Under the pieces are notes generated by a model that did no database searches, was not told the DNA's origin, and worked only from the letters and a program-made list of their open reading frames with translations. From positions 1 to 58,442 of IMG/VR virus record IMGVR_UViG_3300044641_000792: a stretch of 58,442 nt of DNA. One strand, 5' to 3'. The translations under genes were made by a program, and so were the position numbers. This DNA comes from a virus. Lineage: Duplodnaviria > Caudoviricetes. This document shows, in pieces, positions 9,441 through 19,486 of this stretch; the first letter of the stretch is position 1; every line of letters starts with the position of its first letter.

Positions 9441-9945
9441 AATAAATCTGCGCCGCGTCAATTGCGCTCATGTAGGCATAAATCCCATTGACTGCCAACA
9501 CGCCTTCGCCGGGAATCATGGGGGCGTTTTGGAATTCATCTGATGAATGGGTTTCGTAAGTCATTAACCAACGATTTGCGCCACTGACATACAAAGCCGC
9601 AGTAGAAGTTATGTTTCCAGTGTTAATGTCATTTAACGTAAACGTGTCAGCGCCTGTCTTAGTAATTGTGTAATTACCGTCTGTGGCTGAAACGCCTGCA
9701 TTGCTGGCAAAGTGAATACCAACAACGTTTCCAGTTGACAACCCGTGAGCAGTTTTGGTAACAGTTACAACCGTGTTTGTACGAGCATAAGTTACGCTTG
9801 AAGTTACTGGGGCTGTGGTTGTATCAAACAAAACCAAAGTTCCGCTGCCACCGTAAAAAGAAACGCCTTTTACACGGTTGCGCCCAAGTACAAAAAAACC
9901 GCTTTGATTTAAGTGCCCTTGTTTTACATCATATTGCATCGTCAT
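9433..9945 (-). CDS. Virion structural protein
   Basis: Beta-rich; VTVTKTAHGLSTG...YTITKT segment also seen in tail proteins. Confidence 0.6.
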   Translation of the reverse strand: MTMQYDVKQGHLNQSGFFVLGRNRVKGVSFYGGSGTLVLFDTTTAPVTSSVTYARTNTVVTVTKTAHGLSTGNVVGIHFASNAGVSATDGNYTITKTGADTFTLNDINTGNITSTAALYVSGANRWLMTYETHSSDEFQNAPMIPGEGVLAVNGIYAYMSAIDAAQIYYG

Positions 9946-10099
9946 TTTGCTGCTCCAATTCCGGTGCGTCTAGCCTGTTTATAAGCATCTTGTACGCTTG
10001 GATTGTGGCTTGAGCCTGAGTCAAAAAAGTTTGCGCTTTCTGTGTTTCAGTCTCAAGTTCACGAATCTCAGTCTCCAAGAATTCCTTGGTGATCTGCAT
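9929..10099 (-). CDS. Short coiled-coil protein (MQITKEFLETEIRELE...)
   Basis: 56-aa ORF read manually; overlaps the stop of the upstream gene. Confidence 0.55.
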   Translation of the reverse strand: MQITKEFLETEIRELETETQKAQTFLTQAQATIQAYKMLINRLDAPELEQQNDDAI

Positions 10100-10692
10100 T
10101 AGGCTACTGCGCTAGCAACAACCAAAAAGTAATCAGCACCGGCAATACGAACTCTGAGGCCACCAGCCAAAGTGCTTGAGCTAGTAGCCGCAGTGAACAA
10201 GCCTGTACCTGTACCAACGTTCATCAAGCGAGTCATCTTGCCTGTGCCAGCACCCGAGTCAGTTACGCGGATGAAAGCACTTTCAGCACCAAGAGTTGTG
10301 CCAGAAGCAAAGTCAGTATCCAACTGCAAAGCAGCCAATGTACCGCCGGGAGCGGCAACAGCAGCACCAATGGTTGCACGGATTGCGTTAGCCGCACCAG
10401 AAATTGTGCCGCCCGTGTTAATTGAAGTAGAGATATGAGCACCGTTGATTGTGCCGCCTGTAGCGCCGTTAGCACCCGTTACTCGGGTCAAAGCACGAAA
10501 TGTTTCGCCTGAACCTGTAGAGGTAAAAGTCAACCGGTTATACGACAAACGTGTATCGCCAGTGGTGGCAGATGTCGTAGCGTAAGATTCAGAAATATTG
10601 CCAGCAGTTGTTACTGCAATGGGGGAGGTTGCTGTGCCGCCGATAAAACCGTTTAACGATTTGACTGGGCCGGAGAATGTGGTCAATGCCAT
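10099..10692 (-). CDS. Probable capsid decoration/fibre protein
   Basis: MALTTFSGPVKSLNGF N-terminus; Thr/Ala/Gly-rich; immediately downstream of the MCP. Confidence 0.55.
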   Translation of the reverse strand: MALTTFSGPVKSLNGFIGGTATSPIAVTTAGNISESYATTSATTGDTRLSYNRLTFTSTGSGETFRALTRVTGANGATGGTINGAHISTSINTGGTISGAANAIRATIGAAVAAPGGTLAALQLDTDFASGTTLGAESAFIRVTDSGAGTGKMTRLMNVGTGTGLFTAATSSSTLAGGLRVRIAGADYFLVVASAVA

Positions 10693-10779
10693 GATTTTTC
10701 CTTACATACAAGTTAAGTGCATTAGTCTGTATGTCGTCAGCCGGGACTGTCTAATGCACCGGAAAACCCCGGATGTGTA

Positions 10780-10808
10780 TTTATACCACTACGTTTAAAC
10801 CAATGCAA
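10780..10808 (-). promoter_or_regulatory. Sigma70-like promoter TTGCAT-N17-TATAAA (extended -10)
   Basis: Read on the minus strand just after the MCP terminator. Confidence 0.5.
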
Positions 10809-10809
10809 G

Positions 10810-10840
10810 AAAAAAGGGAGCCGAAGCTCCCCTTTTTTTT
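10810..10840 (-). terminator. Intrinsic terminator after the major capsid gene (bidirectional shape)
   Basis: AAAAAAGGGAG-CCGAAG-CTCCCCTTTTTTTT hairpin with A/T tracts on both sides. Confidence 0.85.
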
Positions 10841-10847
10841 AGACCTA

Positions 10848-11759
10848 TTAGGCTCCGGGCGAACCGAAGATACCCAATGGATCTGACACACCGAAGCTGT
10901 AACGCTCACGGGCTTTGTAACGAACGTTACCTGTGTCAAAGTCACCGTCCATGCCAGTAGACATAGGAGTACGGATGAAGTGCTTCAAACCATTAGGCAC
11001 ATCAGTCAACAGGAACCAAGCATTGGTGTCTGTCAAGTAGTGGTTAATGGTATAGCCTTCAGGGATGGAACCATTGTTCTTCAAAGCGTTGATATCATTG
11101 TCGGCTGTAGAAACACGGAGTTCGGTTTCGAGCAAACGAGTAGCAACGAATTGCAGAGCAGGTGGAATCACCAACTTCTTAGGCTTAGCGGCGATCAACA
11201 AGCTACGCTCATCTGTCCAAGCGGCGATCTGAATAACGGCATTCTCAAGAGAAGTCTCATTCAAATCGGAAGGAGTAGATGGAGTGTTACTGTTAACACC
11301 ACCAGAAACCAGTGGGTGGGCAGTGTTACACAAAGTAACGCCGTCACCGTAGGTTATGCCAGAGCCAGTAAAGGCGTTGTTCAACACAAAAGCGGCTTTA
11401 ACCTGTTTTGTGTAAGCCATACCACGGGCCAGAGCCTTGGTATAACGTGAAGACAAAGAGTCATACAAGTTATCTTCCACAGCTTCCTCTGTGATGGCAA
11501 AGCCCATCGCAATGGTTTCGTGTGTATAACGTGCAGTAAATGCTTCCTGTGCATTGTCATAAGCGATGGCTGAGCCCTCGTTCTTGACAGGTGCGGCAGC
11601 AAAGCCAGACAACTTTGTCTCTTCTTCGAAGCTACGCTCAGATGACTCTGTTTCGTAGATTTCTTTGTGCTCTTCGCCGTATTTAGCGTACTCAAGACCG
11701 AACAAAGCGTTCAAGCCGGGGAGTAATTCTTTGAGCAGTTGTGCGCGTGAAATAGCCAT
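10848..11759 (-). CDS. Major capsid protein (HK97 fold)
   Basis: MAISRAQLLKELLPGLNALFGLEY..., KLVIPPALQFVATRLL, NVRYKARERYSFG; 303 aa downstream of portal and scaffold. Confidence 0.9.
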   Translation of the reverse strand: MAISRAQLLKELLPGLNALFGLEYAKYGEEHKEIYETESSERSFEEETKLSGFAAAPVKNEGSAIAYDNAQEAFTARYTHETIAMGFAITEEAVEDNLYDSLSSRYTKALARGMAYTKQVKAAFVLNNAFTGSGITYGDGVTLCNTAHPLVSGGVNSNTPSTPSDLNETSLENAVIQIAAWTDERSLLIAAKPKKLVIPPALQFVATRLLETELRVSTADNDINALKNNGSIPEGYTINHYLTDTNAWFLLTDVPNGLKHFIRTPMSTGMDGDFDTGNVRYKARERYSFGVSDPLGIFGSPGA

Positions 11760-11770
11760 GATTTAGCTCC

Positions 11771-12373
11771 TTAGATGCCAACGGCGTTAGTGAAAGCGGA
11801 AGCGCCGGGATTGAACTTAACAAACACTTCAGTGTAAGTATCAGTCAATGGGGAGGCAAAACCGATGATCTTGAACGCGGCGGCAGTAGTAACTACTGTG
11901 CTTTCCAAGGCGCTGGTAGAGTTACCTGTACGGGTGTTACCTGTAGAAGTAGACTGAACTGCGGCAAAGAAAGTGTTTGCGCCAAGAGCGGCTTGAGTAA
12001 CTTGGCCATCCAATTGAGCTTGGAAAGTCACGTTAGGGTCAGTGATCACGTATGCAGTCACCACGCCGGTTGTGCCGGAGGGGTAGTACTGACCGTAAAT
12101 CTGCTGACCTTGTGCGTTGATGTATGAAGCACCAACAAAAACGCCCCAAGCACCCATATCTGTACCACCAAGATTATTGGTAGTCAAATCTGCGCCGGTA
12201 GCAGTGGACAAAGCGATATAACCGTCAGCGCCAATGATAACTGCTTGTCCAAAGAACAAGTTAGTACCTTCACCAGCGGGGTCGATTAAGAACTGACTCG
12301 TAGCGCCAGCATAGGGCATGCCGTCGTTACGGTTAATGGCTCGTAGGCCATAGGGGGTATTGGTCATTGACAT
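11771..12373 (-). CDS. Head decoration/minor capsid protein
   Basis: Start reassigned to MSMTNTPYGLR at 12373 (GGAG RBS); GVFVGASY and VITDPNVTF motifs; directly upstream of the MCP. Confidence 0.6.
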   Translation of the reverse strand: MSMTNTPYGLRAINRNDGMPYAGATSQFLIDPAGEGTNLFFGQAVIIGADGYIALSTATGADLTTNNLGGTDMGAWGVFVGASYINAQGQQIYGQYYPSGTTGVVTAYVITDPNVTFQAQLDGQVTQAALGANTFFAAVQSTSTGNTRTGNSTSALESTVVTTAAAFKIIGFASPLTDTYTEVFVKFNPGASAFTNAVGI

Positions 12374-12392
12374 TTTAAGTCTCCAAAAAAAT

Positions 12393-12851
12393 TTAAGTAC
12401 CTTTTCCGAAAGTGACCGTGGACTTACGTTCTTTGAACATAGGCATCCGTGGATCATTTTCGCGCATGTATGTGTTGTCAACTGATTGCATTTGCGCTTC
12501 CGCTTGATTGCGATAGTACGCATTACGCTGTTCAGTAAATTCCACGGGTGTTTTGCAAAGTAACAGACCACTGACTTGGACGCTATCTGGAAACTGTGCA
12601 TTACTGTCAGATCCAAACAAACGGATTTCAGGATGGTCAGAAGCCTTTACAGGTTCCCAGCCCTCGCGCAGTTTTGAAGAAATATTGGTAGCGTCTTGTT
12701 TATTCAAGGTACTAACACGGATCCAACGGAAAGCATAACCTGGCTCTGGATGAGGATCAGGCAGGAGCTGGGGCGGCATCCAATGTTTTGGACGGGCATA
12801 AGCTTCACGGCTTTCAGTTTCACGTTTAGCGCGAGTTTGATTTTCAGACAT
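12393..12851 (-). CDS. Conserved head-module hypothetical protein
   Basis: WMPPQLLP...GYAFRWIRVS...LREGWEPV. Confidence 0.65.
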   Translation of the reverse strand: MSENQTRAKRETESREAYARPKHWMPPQLLPDPHPEPGYAFRWIRVSTLNKQDATNISSKLREGWEPVKASDHPEIRLFGSDSNAQFPDSVQVSGLLLCKTPVEFTEQRNAYYRNQAEAQMQSVDNTYMRENDPRMPMFKERKSTVTFGKGT

Positions 12852-12852
12852 A

Positions 12853-13785
12853 TCAATTACCTTTTCTTAATTCTGCAATTTTTTGAGCCATAAGTTCGTG
12901 GGATACGCCGAACTTTTTAGCCATCGTTACCTGAAATGGAGTGAGCCTGATCTTGGAAGATGAGGTGCTCCTTGTCGCAGGTGCGACGACATTCGATTTT
13001 TGACGAGGAGCGGATTGACTCTGTGGAGTTTCCGTTTCGTTGTTGTCCAGATCGAAGTTCTCTGGAAACACTTGGCGAATTCGCGAATTTATCTTCGCAT
13101 AATATTCGTCGGAGTTAGGGTCGATTCCATTCTTAATGAGCTTGGTATGCAAGCCCAGAGCAAAGCTGGTCATCTCATCATCACTACCGAACCAAGAATT
13201 CTCGCTTTGCCATCTTGCAGCTTTAGGGTCTGCTTGCGGCTGACGAGGGACTTCCCTAGGTGCGATTTTTACATTACTTTCTTCATCTTGTAAAGCAGGT
13301 TTGAAATTATTTACACGATCCATCTTAATTTTGGCCGATGTCAATAACTCCTGAGCTTCAACCAAAGCATCAGAATCACCTGATTCGTAAGCTAATTTGT
13401 AACGTCTTTTGGCATCATCCACCTCATTTGACACTACCTTTTTAGCCTGCTCTAGTAGGGCAGTCTGTCCTACATTTAAAGAACCTTTTAGCTTTTTGTT
13501 CTCTTCAGCTATAGATTGGGCAAAAGCTAGGGCTTCATCCTTCTCTCTAGCGGCTTCTTCCGCACGGCGACGTTCGTTGTGAAAGCCAGACTGTAAGTCG
13601 GAGATACGTTTCTTAACCTTTTCGTCGTATCTCTCAATCTCATCGTCTTCGCTCTTGGCTTCTTGCTCTGGCTCTTTCTTATTAGAGACTTCAATCTCTA
13701 CATCTACTCCGCCATCGTCTTCAGCCTCTGGTTTCTTTTCCACCTCATCTGGAAAACTAAATTCTTGCTTTTCAATTTCGGCCAT
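12853..13785 (-). CDS. Capsid scaffolding protein
   Basis: Acidic N-terminus, long coiled coil and C-terminal IRLTPFQVTMAKKFGV; between portal and MCP. Confidence 0.7.
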   Translation of the reverse strand: MAEIEKQEFSFPDEVEKKPEAEDDGGVDVEIEVSNKKEPEQEAKSEDDEIERYDEKVKKRISDLQSGFHNERRRAEEAAREKDEALAFAQSIAEENKKLKGSLNVGQTALLEQAKKVVSNEVDDAKRRYKLAYESGDSDALVEAQELLTSAKIKMDRVNNFKPALQDEESNVKIAPREVPRQPQADPKAARWQSENSWFGSDDEMTSFALGLHTKLIKNGIDPNSDEYYAKINSRIRQVFPENFDLDNNETETPQSQSAPRQKSNVVAPATRSTSSSKIRLTPFQVTMAKKFGVSHELMAQKIAELRKGN

Positions 13786-13795
13786 GAGTTACTCC

Positions 13796-14203
13796 TTAAA
13801 AGTTTGGTCGTTGAATTCCACGGGGATCCTGGACTACCGCTTCAATGCTGTCGTCATTGATTAGTCGCCACTCGGTACCGTGTATTTTCATACGTGTCCC
13901 AGTATTGGGGCGCGTAATGATGAAGTCTCCAACTTTGCAGGAAGCGCCTGAAGGAAATCGTTTTTCGTCTTTGAAAGCGTCTGGGCCAATTTTGGCTACA
14001 AACAAGACGGGAGAAAGCAATTCTTCATGGTGCATTGCAGTTGCAGATTTTAGGATGCCGGTTTCGCTAAATTCCTCTTCGGCTTTGGGAAGCATACAAA
14101 GAATATGGTAAGTAACGGGATCGGGCACCTGTCTTGCTTTTTCTACTGGGTCTTTATTCAAAACACCAGATAGATCAACAGCAGACACATCAAATTCACT
14201 CAT
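13796..14203 (-). CDS. GroES-like co-chaperonin
   Basis: PVTYHIL..., ETGIL, VAKIGPDAF, CKVGDFII, WRLINDDSIEAVV match the GroES pattern. Confidence 0.75.
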   Translation of the reverse strand: MSEFDVSAVDLSGVLNKDPVEKARQVPDPVTYHILCMLPKAEEEFSETGILKSATAMHHEELLSPVLFVAKIGPDAFKDEKRFPSGASCKVGDFIITRPNTGTRMKIHGTEWRLINDDSIEAVVQDPRGIQRPNF

Positions 14204-14393
14204 CGTCATCATCCTTAATTTTTCTTAAAAGGTCATTTAACTCAAACTGTGCGGTTCGTAGACCCTTGATTACTCCGCACATTCCTTTGTAATCGGCATA
14301 GTCTTTAGCTACGCCGTCACATAAAGATCCACTTAAATCCTGAACCCGTTCATTGATTTTCTGGTTCAAAACATCAAATATTTTCAATTCCAT
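14196..14393 (-). CDS. Hypothetical protein
   Basis: 65-aa ORF between portal and GroES-like gene. Confidence 0.6.
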   Translation of the reverse strand: MELKIFDVLNQKINERVQDLSGSLCDGVAKDYADYKGMCGVIKGLRTAQFELNDLLRKIKDDDDE

Positions 14394-14408
14394 CGCAGTT
14401 CTCCACCC

Positions 14409-16775
14409 TTATTTTCTTGACATTTTGGTAATAACATCAGCTTTAATCTTCTGTTCAGTCTGTTTCTGCTGGGATTGCAGGCGCATAGCCTCTCTTTGGC
14501 CTTCTGCTTGGATTCTTTGAGCATCAATTTGCAATCTAGCCTGCGCCAGCGCCATATCCGCCTGATCTTTTGCAGTTTTACGCTTAACTTCCTCAGCTTT
14601 GATCTGCAATTCAGCCTGTTGCATCTGAATTAAGGGGTCTTGCGCCTGTTGTTGAGCCTGTTTTTGCTGAGCTTCTGCCATATTTGTCTGTAAAAGCTGG
14701 GCACTTGCCTCTGCAATGAGTTTTGACAACTGAACTTCCACATCTTCTGGCAGTTTTTCGTTTGGAGGAGGCAATGGAACACCCATTTGCTCTTCAATTT
14801 TGCGTCTGTACAAGAATCCTAGGTGTTCTGCGATGTGCGCCTGAACAGCGGCCATCATTTGCTGGGCCATAGGGTTCTGTCCCATCGTTGCTGCAATCAT
14901 TGGATCTTGCATAAACGTCGTATGAGCCGCAATGTGAGCATCTTGATCCTGATAAATGAACGCTTTAGTAGGCTCACCCTTCAAGAACGCCATGTTCTCG
15001 GAGATAGGATCTCTTGGCTCTTCATCGTCTGGAGTTGGGACTAACTTCTCGCCATTCTTAATACCCAAAACCTCAATCATTTGTCTATGGAGATTAGGTA
15101 AGTTGTAGATCTGGGGAGCTTGCTGAGCCATCTGCATCACAGCTTGATACTGCATGATGCGTTGAGCCATCGTAGAACTATTAGGATCAGACACAGGGAT
15201 CACATCCACCATGTCATAGTCTTCCTGTTTAGCCATGCGGGTGCCAGAAGACGGTTCGTACTCATACTCTGTAGGAGCATAGTCACGAATGATCGCCTTT
15301 AGGATCTTGAACTCTTGCTTCATAGAGTAGTGAACCCGTGCCTGCACCGCAGACATCGTTTTCAACTGACGTTCTAATAGAGCTAAAGTAGTTCCCACGG
15401 GAGCGTTAGCGCTCATGTCACTGACGTTCATGTCAGCAATAGAACCTAAACGGCGGCCTTCTTCGGTGACTTTATCTAGTAAAGCGGCCAAGACCTGAGA
15501 TGGTTCCTTATATGGAAGCATCATGATGTTGTCTTTGATAGACCCGCTTGGTACGTCTACGTCACGGAACTCGCCTGGCGCGATAGGGGTGTCATCTCCC
15601 TTAACCCGTAGGCCACGGGATTTCATTCCTCCTGGGAGATTACTTAGTGTGCCAGCGTCAATAAGCTGTCTAATAATAGAAGTACCGGCTCTGGCATAAC
15701 CACCAATAAGGTGTATGAAACCAAAGCCATAAGCACCAAAGCCGGGTACATAATCGTACTGAACAAAATGCTGACGCTTAAGGCGCTTCTTATCTGCCTC
15801 ATTCCAGTTTCTATAGATTGAAAGAATCTTGTTAGTTCCAACGTCAATCGTGATGATGTAAGGTAAAGCAATACCGTCTTCATCTTCATAGCCAGGTAAG
15901 TCATAGTCAACTTGAATCTCATAAATCTGGTAGCGGTCATCGTCAGTTACTGAGTAACCCTGCTCATCCGCTTTTTTCTTTTCTACGTCAGTGTGTAAAT
16001 TACTAGGTTCTCCTAGCTCTACGTCACAGTAGAAACCAGCTACTTGTAGTTTCTTTAGTTCATTTTTAGACTTACGCATGATGTGCGTAACTCTCTCAGC
16101 AGTCCTAGAGTTACTAGAGCCGTAGGGAATAATCACATCTTCTGCTGGTACGTAGACAGAAGTCTGCCTTCCTAAACTAGGGTCGTAGTAGACCTTCTTA
16201 AAAGCTGAGCCAGCAAGTCCTAAGTTAAACAACATACGCTCATGTTCAGGGCGATACTCAGGCATCTCCTCTGTGAGCTTGTAGTTCATGTCCTCTTGGA
16301 CTCGCGCGGCAGCCTCAGTTTTAAGACGATCAATTGCGCCAATGATTTCCGTTTTGACAGGGCCCGCAGCCGGGAAAGTCTCAATGATAGTTTCGCTCTG
16401 GAAACGTACCGCCGCCTCAGTGAGTATTGTAGAAAATACGCCACAGGCTCCGTTCCAAGGTTCAGTTCTTTCTTCATACTTCATCCCCAAAACGTCTAAA
16501 CCTTTAACGTACATCTCCACCCAGTCTTTGCGGGATGTGATGTCACTGGATACATCTTCTACCAGATCAGATCCAATGGTAGCCAGCGTTCCTTCATCTA
16601 TGTACTCAGCCAGGTTATCGCTAAATTCATCTTCTCCATCTTTAGGAGGAGTTAAGTCAATTTCAATCCCGTCTATCTCAATAGACATGGATTCAGGATT
16701 TTCTACCTCAATTTCAATTTCTGGGCCTTCCAGAGCTTCAATACCGCGTGGCATTTCGTATAAAGATTTTTCCAT
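14409..16775 (-). CDS. Portal protein with long Gln-rich C-terminal barrel (P22-like)
   Basis: Follows terL; GSAFKKVYYD, FGAYGFGFIHLIGG motifs and Q-rich coiled tail; start likely MEKSLYE at 16775. Confidence 0.85.
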   Translation of the reverse strand: MEKSLYEMPRGIEALEGPEIEIEVENPESMSIEIDGIEIDLTPPKDGEDEFSDNLAEYIDEGTLATIGSDLVEDVSSDITSRKDWVEMYVKGLDVLGMKYEERTEPWNGACGVFSTILTEAAVRFQSETIIETFPAAGPVKTEIIGAIDRLKTEAAARVQEDMNYKLTEEMPEYRPEHERMLFNLGLAGSAFKKVYYDPSLGRQTSVYVPAEDVIIPYGSSNSRTAERVTHIMRKSKNELKKLQVAGFYCDVELGEPSNLHTDVEKKKADEQGYSVTDDDRYQIYEIQVDYDLPGYEDEDGIALPYIITIDVGTNKILSIYRNWNEADKKRLKRQHFVQYDYVPGFGAYGFGFIHLIGGYARAGTSIIRQLIDAGTLSNLPGGMKSRGLRVKGDDTPIAPGEFRDVDVPSGSIKDNIMMLPYKEPSQVLAALLDKVTEEGRRLGSIADMNVSDMSANAPVGTTLALLERQLKTMSAVQARVHYSMKQEFKILKAIIRDYAPTEYEYEPSSGTRMAKQEDYDMVDVIPVSDPNSSTMAQRIMQYQAVMQMAQQAPQIYNLPNLHRQMIEVLGIKNGEKLVPTPDDEEPRDPISENMAFLKGEPTKAFIYQDQDAHIAAHTTFMQDPMIAATMGQNPMAQQMMAAVQAHIAEHLGFLYRRKIEEQMGVPLPPPNEKLPEDVEVQLSKLIAEASAQLLQTNMAEAQQKQAQQQAQDPLIQMQQAELQIKAEEVKRKTAKDQADMALAQARLQIDAQRIQAEGQREAMRLQSQQKQTEQKIKADVITKMSRK

Positions 16776-16782
16776 GAGAGCC

Positions 16783-18276
16783 TCAATAGTAAGAATGTTT
16801 TTTTCTAAAGCCAATTAGATCTTCGCGCTCATCTGTGTCGAGTCGCAAAAATCCACCTTGTCTGAAACGAATCAGCGCTTGCACACAAGCATCAACCAAG
16901 TCATCATGCTCAGCGTTCGGGAAAGCCGCCATCTGTTCAACCAACTCGTGCGCCCACCTCGTATCAGGTGCCCATACTTTACCCGACTTGAACAAATCAG
17001 TCACCGAATTTAGACGCACAAACTTATCGTTACCTCTGGACGGGGTGTATTCACTCACCACAATACCCATCCGTCGTAATTCAAAAATGAGCGGCGCGCC
17101 AGCCGCCTTAGCCTCAACCACAAAAGCATCTGGCTCCCAATCCTTATAGTGGTTGAAAGCCTTTTCTTTCAATTCAGGAAACTCCATCCTCTTTTGGAAA
17201 GCATCTAAGACAATAATATTGATGTCCTCTGGGTTTTCTTCATAGTGAAAAACACCTAAAGTCACACAGGCCGAGTAGTCTGATCGCTCACTCTTCGTAA
17301 AAGCCGTATCCCAAGACTGAATGATAAATTCACACCGAGGAGGGTCTTCTTCCGGCCAGACCTTCCACCAGTCTCTCTTTACTAAAGCACCCTCTTCTCC
17401 CGTGGGAGTTTGTTGGTACTGGGCGTTCCACTTACTTACAGGGAGTTCTTCCCTCAAAGCGGATAATTCTTCTAAGCTCCAAAACTCAGGCCATAGAGGA
17501 TTTCCACTGGGCATAATCGCTGGGAGTTCGATAACTTCCCACTCTTCGCCCTTATCACGACTCGCCGCATCTTTAATGATCCGGCCAGTTAAATCCTTCT
17601 CACCCCAGCGGGTCATCACTATGACGATAGCTCCACCTGGCTGTAAACGCTGACGCGGCCCAGAGGTGTACCACTCATACACCTTGTCAAATACTTCAGG
17701 GTTCCCTTGAGCTAAAGCGGCCTCTTGTTCAGAATGGGGATCGTCAATAATCAGCAGATCTGCACCCTTACCCGTAACCGTACCTCCAACGCCGATAGCG
17801 AAGTATTCTCCCCCACCATTAGTAGCCCAACGGCCAGCGGCTTTACTGTCTTGCCTTAGAGCTACATTGGGAAAGACTTTAGCATACTGCTCTGAATCTA
17901 CTAAGTTACGAACCTTCCGTCCAAATCCCACAGCCAGATCCGCTGTGTTAGAACACTGGATTACCTTCTTATGGGGGTTCTTTCCTAAGAACCAACTTGG
18001 CAAAAGATACGAAGCAAACTCAGACTTAGTATGACGCGGGGCCATATTGATAATTAATCTTTTAATCTTCCCGCTCGCTATATCCTCAAATTTCTTAGCC
18101 ATCAATGAATGGTGCCTACCTGCTACAAACCCCGGCCACATACTACGTATATAGTCCATAAAAGAAGCATGACACTTCTCCCTCTCAAGAGCGCTTTTCC
18201 ACGCATCCACCTCGTGAAATATCAACTCCTGCTCGTTCTCAGGAAGTGTCTCAATGAACTTCTCTAAGCTGCTCAT
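16783..18276 (-). CDS. terL: Terminase large subunit
   Basis: RLIINMAPRHTKS (Walker A-like), LLIIDDPH (Walker B), QSWDTA and HDDLVDA RNase H-like nuclease motifs. Confidence 0.93.
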   Translation of the reverse strand: MSSLEKFIETLPENEQELIFHEVDAWKSALEREKCHASFMDYIRSMWPGFVAGRHHSLMAKKFEDIASGKIKRLIINMAPRHTKSEFASYLLPSWFLGKNPHKKVIQCSNTADLAVGFGRKVRNLVDSEQYAKVFPNVALRQDSKAAGRWATNGGGEYFAIGVGGTVTGKGADLLIIDDPHSEQEAALAQGNPEVFDKVYEWYTSGPRQRLQPGGAIVIVMTRWGEKDLTGRIIKDAASRDKGEEWEVIELPAIMPSGNPLWPEFWSLEELSALREELPVSKWNAQYQQTPTGEEGALVKRDWWKVWPEEDPPRCEFIIQSWDTAFTKSERSDYSACVTLGVFHYEENPEDINIIVLDAFQKRMEFPELKEKAFNHYKDWEPDAFVVEAKAAGAPLIFELRRMGIVVSEYTPSRGNDKFVRLNSVTDLFKSGKVWAPDTRWAHELVEQMAAFPNAEHDDLVDACVQALIRFRQGGFLRLDTDEREDLIGFRKKHSYY

Positions 18277-18277
18277 A

Positions 18278-18314
18278 AGGGTTTACACCTACAGGGTGTC
18301 GCAACGTTGTGACC
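18278..18314. repeat. Copy 1 of a 36-37 bp dispersed motif with palindromic core
   Basis: AGGGTTTACACCTACAGGGTGTCGCAACGTTGTGACC; near-identical to 38327..38364. Confidence 0.75.
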
Positions 18315-18337
18315 TTTTTTTAGCACTTTGAATACTT

Positions 18338-18646
18338 TCATTCTAACGTTCTAAAGTTAATGTATACCGGCCTTATAGTCCTGCCTTTTCCGCCCTGCTT
18401 TTTCAAAACACCGATCTCAACTAATCTATCCACAATTTTCATCGTATTAGCCAGTGATGTTTTTCCACGTTGATAAGCAATATCTCTTAAAGAAGGACTG
18501 TATCCAAACTCCTTCCACCACTCATCCACAATCAAAAAGACCTCTCTCTGAACCTTAGTCATATCCTTCTCCCAACACTCCTCAAAAGTAGGCAATACAC
18601 GGGGCGCAATCATTTTTCGATTTATACATACCTCCCCCCACTTCAT
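18338..18646 (-). CDS. LexA-like winged-helix DNA-binding protein (no peptidase domain)
   Basis: MTKVQREVFLIVDEWWKEFGYSPSLRDIA...VDRLVEIGVL...GRTIR; start may be 18562. Confidence 0.7.
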   Translation of the reverse strand: MKWGEVCINRKMIAPRVLPTFEECWEKDMTKVQREVFLIVDEWWKEFGYSPSLRDIAYQRGKTSLANTMKIVDRLVEIGVLKKQGGKGRTIRPVYINFRTLE

Positions 18647-19389
18647 TTTGAATCCTCTATGGGGGGGTCTTCCTCAAACGAGGGGGTGGGGTCATCCCAA
18701 TCTAATTCATTTAGGGGTGGGTCTGGTAAATTTTGGGATGGTTTGTGTGGAATAGTATGTAATGTATGTGGGGTACCTGGCTCCACAGCTTGGGGGGTGC
18801 CCACTGGGTGGGTGTCGCCATCGCCCACTTCGTCAACGGGTGCCGCCAACTCCATCAAGAGCGAATCTGCGTCGATCACTGTCGCATCTGTCGCGTTTGA
18901 TTTCATCATGTCGCGAAGCTTCGCCAGTAGTTTAGCTTTCGCATCCTCGCTTGAGGTGATTGTGCGAATCTCTTTGCGCTCAGTGAACGCCGCCACTTCT
19001 GTAACAGTGCCCAAAGTTTTAGCCGCCGCCACTTTCACAGAGTCTTTCGCTTCGGGGTCGATCATTGTTTGCACGAGGGTTTGAATAACCAAAGCTCTCA
19101 AGCCCGCAGGGGTTTGATATTCCGCCGCCCTAATTGCCCCTTCCATTGCTTCAATCGTCGCCTTTATATCGGGACGTTTTTTCAGCTTGTATGCATCGTT
19201 GGCGTTTGTCTTAGTCTTTCCCTTGCGGTTATACGCCTTGCGGATGGCTTCCGCGCCAGTCGATCCCATAGCAACCTCTTTGCAAAATGCTTTTTGTTTA
19301 GACGTTAACGCTTTACTGGAAACGCCCAATATGGTTTGCATGGGTATTTGTTCCAGTCCTGCCTTTATCTGTGACCTTGTTAATTTCAT
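18643..19389 (-). CDS. terS: Terminase small subunit
   Basis: LTSKQKAFCKEVAMGSTGAEAIRKAY HTH; upstream of terL. Confidence 0.7.
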   Translation of the reverse strand: MKLTRSQIKAGLEQIPMQTILGVSSKALTSKQKAFCKEVAMGSTGAEAIRKAYNRKGKTKTNANDAYKLKKRPDIKATIEAMEGAIRAAEYQTPAGLRALVIQTLVQTMIDPEAKDSVKVAAAKTLGTVTEVAAFTERKEIRTITSSEDAKAKLLAKLRDMMKSNATDATVIDADSLLMELAAPVDEVGDGDTHPVGTPQAVEPGTPHTLHTIPHKPSQNLPDPPLNELDWDDPTPSFEEDPPIEDSK

Positions 19390-19486
19390 GCTTGCATTGT
19401 AGGGTAACAAGGAACAAAACTGCAAGGCTTCGCCTTTAAAGCCCCGCCGCCGACCTTCAAAATTTCAAAACCCCAAAAACCTGGAC

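Noticed and set aside
17889-17899. GCTCTGAATCT in terL equals the first 11 concatenated NN bases of tract 1
   Set aside because: The match stops at 11 nt, which is about what chance gives in a genome this size.
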